Of a stretch of DNA of 64,000 nt, positions 57,112 to 64,000 are shown piece after piece. The stretch is from an uncultured Bacilli bacterium. GTDB lineage: Bacteria; Bacillota_I; Bacilli_A; RF39; UBA660. Numbering within the stretch: position 1 is the stretch's first letter; each line of letters opens with the position of its first letter. Both the position numbers and the translations under genes were made by a program. The stretch lies in NCBI GenBank assembly GCA_947629315.1, contig CANRDB010000001.1:4829-68828 (forward strand), given 5' to 3'. The notes under the pieces are model-generated. The model was not told the DNA's origin and made no database searches. It was given only the letters and a program-made list of their open reading frames with translations.

Positions 57112-58032
57112 ATGATGTACGACTATCAATTTGGAAACAAAGTCTATCAATACGGCCAAGATTTAGGAATGGAATATACAACCTACCAAATTATGGCACC
57201 TGAGCAAGAACAAGAAACACAGCCTGGTTTAGAATATAAAATGGTTCCTAGACCTATTTTCGATAATCCCAATTATCGTGGCAGCGGAAAATTAAAAGAC
57301 AAGGTTGCGATTATTACTGGTGGAGATAGTGGTCTTGGTAGAGCAGCTGCTATCGCCTTTGTCAAAGAAGGCGCAAAAGTAGTAATTCCCTATTACAATG
57401 AACATGTGGATGCGAATGAAACCAAAGATTATATTGAATCCCTAGGAGGAGAATGTCTCTTACTGTCCGGGGATATTTCCGATAACCATTTTTGCACAAA
57501 AATTGTGGAAGAAACCTTACAAAGATTTGGAAAAATAAACATTCTAGTCAACAATGCCGGTGTTCAATATCAACAAGATAGCTTAGAACATATCTGTGAT
57601 GAACAATTCGATAGAACGATGAAAGTAAATGTATATGGAATGTTTTATCTAACAAAAAAAGTTTTACCCCATTTACATTCAGGAGACTCCATCATTAACC
57701 TATCATCCGTCACAGCCTTTTTTGGAGAACCACAATTAATTGACTATGTTACAACGAAAGGTGCTATTATTGGATTTACAAGAGCCCTTGCCCGCAATCT
57801 TGCACTTAAAAATATTCGGGTAAATGCTATTGCCCCTGGATTTTTTTGGACACCTCTTCAACCTGCCTGTTGGGTCAAAGAAAAAATACCATCATTAGGA
57901 GCAGATGCCGCGATGGCAAGAGGAGCAATGCCTTATGAATTAGCCCCTACTTTTGTGTTTCTAGCGAGTGATGATTCTAGTTATATGACTGGTCAAGTCA
58001 TCCATAATAACGGCGGTCAAGTCATGGGATAA
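57112..58032 (+). CDS. SDR family oxidoreductase (general-stress YhdF/YdaD type)
   Basis: ITGGDSGLGRA (cofactor-binding loop), NNAG, and a conserved C-terminus SSYMTGQVIHNNGG. Confidence 0.8.
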   Translation: MMYDYQFGNKVYQYGQDLGMEYTTYQIMAPEQEQETQPGLEYKMVPRPIFDNPNYRGSGKLKDKVAIITGGDSGLGRAAAIAFVKEGAKVVIPYYNEHVDANETKDYIESLGGECLLLSGDISDNHFCTKIVEETLQRFGKINILVNNAGVQYQQDSLEHICDEQFDRTMKVNVYGMFYLTKKVLPHLHSGDSIINLSSVTAFFGEPQLIDYVTTKGAIIGFTRALARNLALKNIRVNAIAPGFFWTPLQPACWVKEKIPSLGADAAMARGAMPYELAPTFVFLASDDSSYMTGQVIHNNGGQVMG

Positions 58033-58101
58033 AGCAAAGGAAAAAGACAAGTAAATTTGAATAAACTTGTCTTTTTTGTTACCATCTTCCCTTATCACAA
58101 C

Positions 58102-59178
58102 TTATTTTAATGACAAATCTCTTTTACAATACACATATTTACTAAGCCAATACTCATCATTATGTTCATTATATTCTCCAACTGGAAGTTCACTTGCTAA
58201 ATCATTTGCTAATTCTAATATTTCCTCTTTTAATTCCACATGATTTTTATATTCTACAGGTATTTGTTCATATCCTAAATATGCTCCCATGATATTGCCC
58301 GTTACCGCTCCTGTCGAATCAGAATCACCATCATGATTAATAGAACAGATAATAGCATCTTTGAAACTGTTAGAATATTTTAAACAAGAATAAATAGCGA
58401 TAGCAAAAGTTTCTTCAGCTACCCAACCTTCACCAAGTTCACGAATGGCCTCTATATCATTTTTATGTTCTTCAGATAGTTTTATCGCTTGATTCACTAA
58501 TTCTATGAAATAATGCTTATATTCTTCATCAAAAATATCGAAGTTTTCTTCATATTGTTTCATGGATTTATCTAATGCTTCTTTGATAGTCAAATCTGTC
58601 CTTGATAAATACCATATTAAAGTTGAAAATACATAGGCTGGAATAATTCCAAGAGGATGTCCGTGAGTAATGGCACTTGCTTCAGCCCCAAATTGTCCTG
58701 CTATTTTAGAATCGTTCATAAATAGACCAATAGGAGCAACTCTCATAATCCCACCGCATCCTTTACTATGATTAATAGGCTGTTCAATCGTTCCTTTCGT
58801 TCCTGAAGATAATGCACTGATACAAGTGTTCCCTGGTGCTCGTGGAATATTTAATTCTTTTAATTCTTTAATCCAGGAAATAGAGGAATGATGATTGGTA
58901 TGATTTTGCGTATCTAACCAATCTAAATAGGAATGATAGATAGCATCAACAGGTAACATTGCGATTCCCCTCATAGCAATTCTTGTTTTTCTAAATAATA
59001 AAGCATTTGCTGTAAATAAAGTCATTTGGGTATCATCTGATATAATACCTATTCCACCTTGAAAGGTAGTTATTTCTTTCTCTTTGACCCCTTGCTTAAA
59101 CTCTATTTGATATCCAAGAGCATCGCCAATTGCCCCACCGATTAATGAACCACAAATTTTATCTCTCCTATTGTCCAT
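58102..59178 (-). CDS. ADP-ribosylglycohydrolase family protein
   Basis: GGAIGDALGYQIEF, ISDDTQMT and NHDGDSDSTGAVTGNIMGA are the family signature blocks. Confidence 0.8.
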   Translation of the reverse strand: MDNRRDKICGSLIGGAIGDALGYQIEFKQGVKEKEITTFQGGIGIISDDTQMTLFTANALLFRKTRIAMRGIAMLPVDAIYHSYLDWLDTQNHTNHHSSISWIKELKELNIPRAPGNTCISALSSGTKGTIEQPINHSKGCGGIMRVAPIGLFMNDSKIAGQFGAEASAITHGHPLGIIPAYVFSTLIWYLSRTDLTIKEALDKSMKQYEENFDIFDEEYKHYFIELVNQAIKLSEEHKNDIEAIRELGEGWVAEETFAIAIYSCLKYSNSFKDAIICSINHDGDSDSTGAVTGNIMGAYLGYEQIPVEYKNHVELKEEILELANDLASELPVGEYNEHNDEYWLSKYVYCKRDLSLK

Positions 59179-59357
59179 ATCTTTAACCTTCTTTTCTCAC
59201 TTGAACTAATTATGTTAATTTTATTCCATATATAAAGAAATAGCACTCAATCTAGCATAGATTAAGTGCTTACCACTTAAGGGCAAGTACTCAACTCGGC
59301 AAAGTTAAGTCTTCCCTTTTTATTTTATGCAAAGCATCCTTGACGTATTCATCATAA

Positions 59358-59386
59358 CATAAAAACGACTTTTTGACAAGTCGTTT
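59358..59386 (-). terminator. Terminator downstream of tRNA-Arg(CCT)
   Basis: On the minus strand: AAACGACTT-gtcaaa-AAGTCGTTT followed by TTTAT. Confidence 0.55.
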
Positions 59387-59423
59387 ATATTGTTACTCGA
59401 AAAAATCGAGTTTGGTATCTATC

Positions 59424-59499
59424 TGGTGTCCCCAGTGGGATTCGAACCTACCTTTCACCCTTAGGAGGGGCGCGCACTATCCTAATATGCTATGAGGAC
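59424..59499 (-). tRNA. tRNA-Arg (anticodon CCT), CCA encoded
   Basis: Reverse complement: GTCCTCA...CGCCC-CTCCTAA-GGGTG...GTAGG-TTCGAAT-CCCAC-TGGGGAC-A-CCA. There is one A-C mismatch in the T stem. Confidence 0.75.
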
Positions 59500-59514
59500 A
59501 AAACAATCATACGA

Positions 59515-60135
59515 TTATCGTTTTTTTATTTTTTGCCTAGAAGAATGAGATATGCCCAATTGTCGAATAGGAACACCCTCTCCTATTCTCCTTGCAATAT
59601 CATAATAATCATATTCACTCACAAAGGGATATTCGTAGGCTGTTTTAAGATGTTCGTCTAAATCATCCATTTCAGAAATCGTTGTTGGGAAAAAATGTTC
59701 ACTACCTAGTTCCGAAATAAGTGGTCGTTTTAGGACATATCTACGACCATTCGTGAGATTATCAAAAAAGGCTTGATAACAAATATAATAACTTCCTTTA
59801 GAAATGATGGCTCCTGAAACATCACAAATAAATGATTTGGTAGCCACTCTTTCTGCAAACTGAGGATACAAAACCACTTCTTGCTCTGGAAACAAAGATG
59901 TACTAGTATGAAGAAGAACGGATTGAGTGAGAATTTTATCTAGCTCTACCAAAGAACATTGATGATGTTCTAAAAGGATGTGCCGTTGAAGTCGATTCGT
60001 TCCCCAACTTTGCATTTCTTGCTGACGCAAATAGAGAATTTGAGATTGAAGATCATCATCCCCCTCTTGCTCAATTTCCATAAGTGTATACCATTCATAA
60101 TCTTCTACCTTAAGCATCCATACCACCAATACCAT
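59515..60135 (-). CDS. Hypothetical protein
   Basis: 206 aa ORF with no recognisable motif. Confidence 0.4.
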   Translation of the reverse strand: MVLVVWMLKVEDYEWYTLMEIEQEGDDDLQSQILYLRQQEMQSWGTNRLQRHILLEHHQCSLVELDKILTQSVLLHTSTSLFPEQEVVLYPQFAERVATKSFICDVSGAIISKGSYYICYQAFFDNLTNGRRYVLKRPLISELGSEHFFPTTISEMDDLDEHLKTAYEYPFVSEYDYYDIARRIGEGVPIRQLGISHSSRQKIKKR

Positions 60136-60177
60136 TATAATGTTTTTTTCTTTGGCTTGTCAAGAAAAGAATAGGAA

Positions 60178-60699
60178 TTATCCTATTCTTAAAAAATGCA
60201 ACAACAAGATGATATATAGATTGGCCATCCGGTGAAAACTATGTTCAAACTTATGTCCAAATTCCACCGTACTAATTCCCTTATCTACTAAATTTACAAT
60301 CCAACTTTCTGCATATTTTGGAATTTTAACATCTAGTGGAAACATGTGTGTACGAATAATATCTTCTTCTTTTTCACTAAGTTCAAAATACTTCTTCGCA
60401 TTCTTCACAGCTGCTTGTGGATGTTTCATAGTATATAGTAATACTTTTTCCCGGAATGTTTCCTGATTATAGACACTATCTAAATAGAAATCATGTAGTA
60501 ATCCAGCTCTCGCTACTTGTTCATAATCTAGTCTTAAATATTTTGCTATTCTATAAGAATAGTAAGATACTTTTAATAAATGATTCAAGCGATTACTATC
60601 ATGATGTTTAATCTGACGCATTTCTTTACTAAATTCATTTTTGGATAAGATAGAAGAAACGATTGTATGGTATTCTTCATCTTGAATAATTCTATCCAT
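60178..60699 (-). CDS. HD domain phosphohydrolase
   Basis: Start MDRIIQDEEYH after a GGGAGGA SD. Contains H...HLLKVS...LLHDFY (the HD motif). Confidence 0.65.
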   Translation of the reverse strand: MDRIIQDEEYHTIVSSILSKNEFSKEMRQIKHHDSNRLNHLLKVSYYSYRIAKYLRLDYEQVARAGLLHDFYLDSVYNQETFREKVLLYTMKHPQAAVKNAKKYFELSEKEEDIIRTHMFPLDVKIPKYAESWIVNLVDKGISTVEFGHKFEHSFHRMANLYIILLLHFLRIG

Positions 60700-61041
60700 T
60701 GATATCCTCCCTAAACCTACACCATTATAGCACAATTTTATAAAATAGCAAATTTTCTATCCATGATTCTTACTAAGCATCACATCATATTATATTTTAT
60801 TAAAACTACCACATTTCATGTAATGGAATAGTAATGATGAAATATTATTTTTAAATTTTTCCTACCTAGTATATTAACCTATTCTTATTATAGCATACCT
60901 TTTTCATTTGTAAATTGATTGTGTTCTTTTTTGGCACAAGTTTACAGTTTTTCTCACCCCAATTACTGTCAGGAGAGGATTTTCCTTACAAAAAAAGATG
61001 AGCATTTTTCATAAAGTAAGTCCGTTCATCTTTTTATCTAT

Positions 61042-62232
61042 TTATTTTAATTTTCCCTTTACCCCTTTAATTCCTTTAGATCCCATCACATATCCACTTA
61101 AGATGTTCGTATCAAAAACATAGATTTTCTTCTGTTTTTCTTTATAATCTTTAATAGCTAAAGTAATCATATCATCTAAAAGTTCTTGATATTTCTTACC
61201 AGTAGGTTCCCAAAGATAGAATGATAAACTACCTGGAATTGTGTTTGGTTCATTTAAATATACCTTTTTAGTTTCTTTGTCAATCAAAAAATCAATTCTA
61301 CAAACGCCACTTAAATTGAGCGCTCGAAAGGCTTCACAAGCTAAATCTCTAACTTCCTTCGTCATATGATGGTCAATCCGCGCTGGAATAATTCTACTAG
61401 CACTCGCCATACCTTTGCTTGCCTTTCCTTTTCCACCACCGATATATTTATCCTGATAAGTTAAGAAATCATCTGTCGATAGTACTTCTTCTATCTCACT
61501 CGTTTCTTGATGAGCATAATTACCAAGAACACTACAATTGACCTCTACTAAATTAGGAACGGCTTTTTCAACCACTATCTTTTGATCGTATTGTATAGCA
61601 GTTTCAATAGCTCCTGGTAAATCTTTATCCTTTTTCACAAAAGTAATCCCCACACTACTTCCCAATGTCGCTGGTTTTACGATGACAGGAAGTCCTAATT
61701 TTTGAATTTTTTTAATAATATCGTTAGAGGATTCTGCATATTCTGTATCATAGAACCAAACATAATCGACAATTGGTAAATTCATAGAGGCAAATACTTG
61801 TTTCATCACTACCTTATCTTGACCTAGAGCAGAACCTAAAACACCACTTCCTACAGTTGGAATTCCTATCGTTTTCAAATATCCATGAAGAGTTCCATCC
61901 TCTACATTATTTCCATGAACAATTGGAAAAGCAACATCTAATTCTGTGATATTTTTACGGAATAATCCCTTTTGCTTTTGAAGGTAGAATTTTCCATTTT
62001 TAGAAACTAGCACACAAGGAATTGCATATTTTTTCAAATCCGTAAAGTCTTTATATACTTCGATATCTAAAAGCATATGACCAGTATACCATGTACGGTC
62101 TTTCGCGATATAAATTGGTACAATGTCATACTTATCATGATTCATATTTTCGATAGCTTGTAAAGCAGAAATAATACTAACTTCGTGTTCTACTGTTTCT
62201 CCTCCAAAAATAACACCAACTTTAATTCTCAT
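61042..62232 (-). CDS. ddl: D-alanine--D-alanine ligase (long form)
   Basis: MRIKVGVIFGGETVEHEVSIISA, an ATP-grasp core (VIVKPATLGSSVGI) and the C-terminal NEPNTIPG. Confidence 0.85.
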   Translation of the reverse strand: MRIKVGVIFGGETVEHEVSIISALQAIENMNHDKYDIVPIYIAKDRTWYTGHMLLDIEVYKDFTDLKKYAIPCVLVSKNGKFYLQKQKGLFRKNITELDVAFPIVHGNNVEDGTLHGYLKTIGIPTVGSGVLGSALGQDKVVMKQVFASMNLPIVDYVWFYDTEYAESSNDIIKKIQKLGLPVIVKPATLGSSVGITFVKKDKDLPGAIETAIQYDQKIVVEKAVPNLVEVNCSVLGNYAHQETSEIEEVLSTDDFLTYQDKYIGGGKGKASKGMASASRIIPARIDHHMTKEVRDLACEAFRALNLSGVCRIDFLIDKETKKVYLNEPNTIPGSLSFYLWEPTGKKYQELLDDMITLAIKDYKEKQKKIYVFDTNILSGYVMGSKGIKGVKGKLK

Positions 62233-62244
62233 AACATCACTCCT

Positions 62245-63828
62245 TTATTCATTAAATAAATCTGGTAAATCATTTTCCAATAATACATAAGTTTCTTCTT
62301 TTTTTATCTTCTGGATGAGTGGAAAAGCTTGTTTTACATCCTTTAAGACATAAATGTGATTTTCATTAAATTTTGCCTCTAACAAGCCTTCATAAATGGG
62401 TTTCGTTTGTTCTTCGCCAACTAGGATAGCATAATCTACCTGTTCTGCAATTTCCATCCCTAATTTTTTATTCTCTTCCCATTGTTTTTCTCCTAATTCA
62501 ATCATTCCAGGAGTAACCACAATCTTTTCACCTGGCATCATTCCTAAAACCTCTAAAGCATCTTTCGCACCTACTGGATTAGAGTTATAGGCATCATCAA
62601 TGATATATAAATTTCCTATTAATTTTAATTCTAAACGATGTTCTACTGGCTGCAAACGACTAACTGCCCTTTTTAAATCTTCTATACTAATACCTAATTT
62701 ATATCCCAATAAAACACCCTGTAAAATATTATAAATATTATGTTTTCCTAACAATTTTGTACGAAAAGAATAGACGTTACTATCTCCTTTGAAATGGACA
62801 TCAAAGCAACTTCCCTCGCTAGAAAGTTTAATATTCGTAGCATAGGCATCTACTTTATGATTCGTAATTCCTACCCAATATAGTGCACATTTATTTTTTA
62901 CTGGATACTGAAGTTGATAGACATCATCTCCATTTAAAACAGCAAAACCATTCTCTGGAAGAGATTCCACTAGTTCAAACTTTCCTTCTTGAATGTTTTG
63001 TTGACTACCAAAACTTTCCAAATGGGCCTCTCCAATGACCGTTAAGACTCCATAAGTTGGTTTCATTAATCGACAGGTAGCAGCAATTTCTCCCTTTTTG
63101 AAAGCACCCATCTCCGCAATAAAATAATCTTCAAATTTATCGAGATAATTATTAATAGAATTAATCAGTCCATAAGGAGTATTAAAATTTTTAGGACTAA
63201 CAAACGTATTATATTTAATACTCAATATCTCATAAATAATATTTTTACTACTCGTCTTGCCATAACTACCAGTTACTCCAATGACGGGAATATGATACTC
63301 ATTCATTTTCTTCATAGCCTGTTTTTTATAATGCCAATAAACACATTTCTCGATAGGAATATTAAAAACATTCGCTACAGCAACGACAAAGTAAGATAAG
63401 TAGGTCAAAAGTCCTAAAAATAAATAATCCCATAAAAGATTCTGTTCACAGTAAGTAATGGACATGAACCCAATGATTAAGAAATAAATAAGAAAAATGG
63501 TAATCATTAATCTTTTGACACGAGATGTCACCACCAATGGTTTTTTTACTTGTTCTTTATTTCTTCGGGCATTATACTCTGCCGCTAATAAGAAATAAAA
63601 AACACCAAAAATAATTGCTGGAAGATATCCATTTAGAAAAAATAGAAAAGTCAAGATTGGAAACCATATATCTAATTCCAACCACACTTTTTTTGGATTC
63701 TTAAATATCCATAGAAAATATCTCCGCGATTCATCATAGTAATTTTGTTGTAACATATGAATTGCTTTTTTTAGTTTAAATAGGGTAAAAATCAAATATG
63801 GTACTAAGGAAATTAGAAATAAAGTCAT
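62245..63828 (-). CDS. murF: UDP-MurNAc-tripeptide--D-Ala-D-Ala ligase (MurF) with a polytopic membrane N-terminus
   Basis: GVTGSYGKTSSKN (P-loop) at about aa 185, Mur ligase middle and C-terminal domains (DDAYNSNP), preceded by about 170 aa of hydrophobic helices. Confidence 0.8.
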   Translation of the reverse strand: MTLFLISLVPYLIFTLFKLKKAIHMLQQNYYDESRRYFLWIFKNPKKVWLELDIWFPILTFLFFLNGYLPAIIFGVFYFLLAAEYNARRNKEQVKKPLVVTSRVKRLMITIFLIYFLIIGFMSITYCEQNLLWDYLFLGLLTYLSYFVVAVANVFNIPIEKCVYWHYKKQAMKKMNEYHIPVIGVTGSYGKTSSKNIIYEILSIKYNTFVSPKNFNTPYGLINSINNYLDKFEDYFIAEMGAFKKGEIAATCRLMKPTYGVLTVIGEAHLESFGSQQNIQEGKFELVESLPENGFAVLNGDDVYQLQYPVKNKCALYWVGITNHKVDAYATNIKLSSEGSCFDVHFKGDSNVYSFRTKLLGKHNIYNILQGVLLGYKLGISIEDLKRAVSRLQPVEHRLELKLIGNLYIIDDAYNSNPVGAKDALEVLGMMPGEKIVVTPGMIELGEKQWEENKKLGMEIAEQVDYAILVGEEQTKPIYEGLLEAKFNENHIYVLKDVKQAFPLIQKIKKEETYVLLENDLPDLFNE

Positions 63829-63836
63829 ACCATCAC

Positions 63837-64000
63837 CTAACTTTCTAAAAACACTCTCACAACATTAATCGTCCTTTTTAATCCCTCTAAATATGCATAG
63901 TGACTTCCTCCAGGATAGAGAATGACACCCGCATCTCGAATCAATTTTTCTAATTCATAAGCACATTCTAAAGGAACTGCTTCATCCTGATCTCCCCATA
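63837..64000 (-). CDS. Alpha/beta hydrolase-like protein, C-terminal fragment (N-terminus beyond the window end)
   Basis: Own reverse translation: WGDQDEAVPLECAYELEKLIRDAGVILYPGGSHYAYLEGLKRTINVVRVFLES*. Confidence 0.5.
   Translation of the reverse strand, partial: WGDQDEAVPLECAYELEKLIRDAGVILYPGGSHYAYLEGLKRTINVVRVFLES

Noticed and set aside
59243-59271. Imperfect hairpin AGCACTCAATCTA-gca-TAGATTAAGTGCT between the tRNA-Arg and the ADP-ribosylglycohydrolase gene
   Set aside because: It has no following T run on either strand and no clear relationship to a gene end. I cannot assign it a function from sequence alone.

Overview
AT-rich Bacillota-type chromosome segment. Gene content suggests an Erysipelotrichia- or Clostridia-like sporeformer, but I cannot assign a species. 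Most of the window is housekeeping: U32 peptidase, rny, recA, radC-mreC-mreD, ftsK, eno, serS with a T-box leader, polA, prs, ddl, murF and two tRNA-Arg genes. A small sporulation-flavoured block sits between them (SpoIIIAH-like, GerE-like, GerM-like). The stand-out region is 18.4-29.8 kb. A single collagen-like (BclA-type, G-P-T repeat) gene is cut into four same-strand pieces by three adjacent small elements of about 4.4, 2.8 and 3.3 kb. Each element carries its own large serine recombinase gene, and that gene's stop codon abuts a dyad-symmetric att arm. Hand-joining the pieces at the short cores shared by each attL/attR pair restores one 798-nt ORF (265 aa) with the G-X-Y register intact at all three junctions. 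The ORF is followed 5 nt later by a GT2/TPR glycosyltransferase. Upstream lies a divergent SecA-like gene that is split at an A6 run. Downstream is an operon of membrane-anchored proteins with three protease-type signatures: C11 cysteine, HExxH zinc and a trypsin-like fold. Two of its proteins have paralogous Pro-rich N-termini, and a class B sortase gene is adjacent. All calls rest on reading the translations and DNA by eye. No database search was run.
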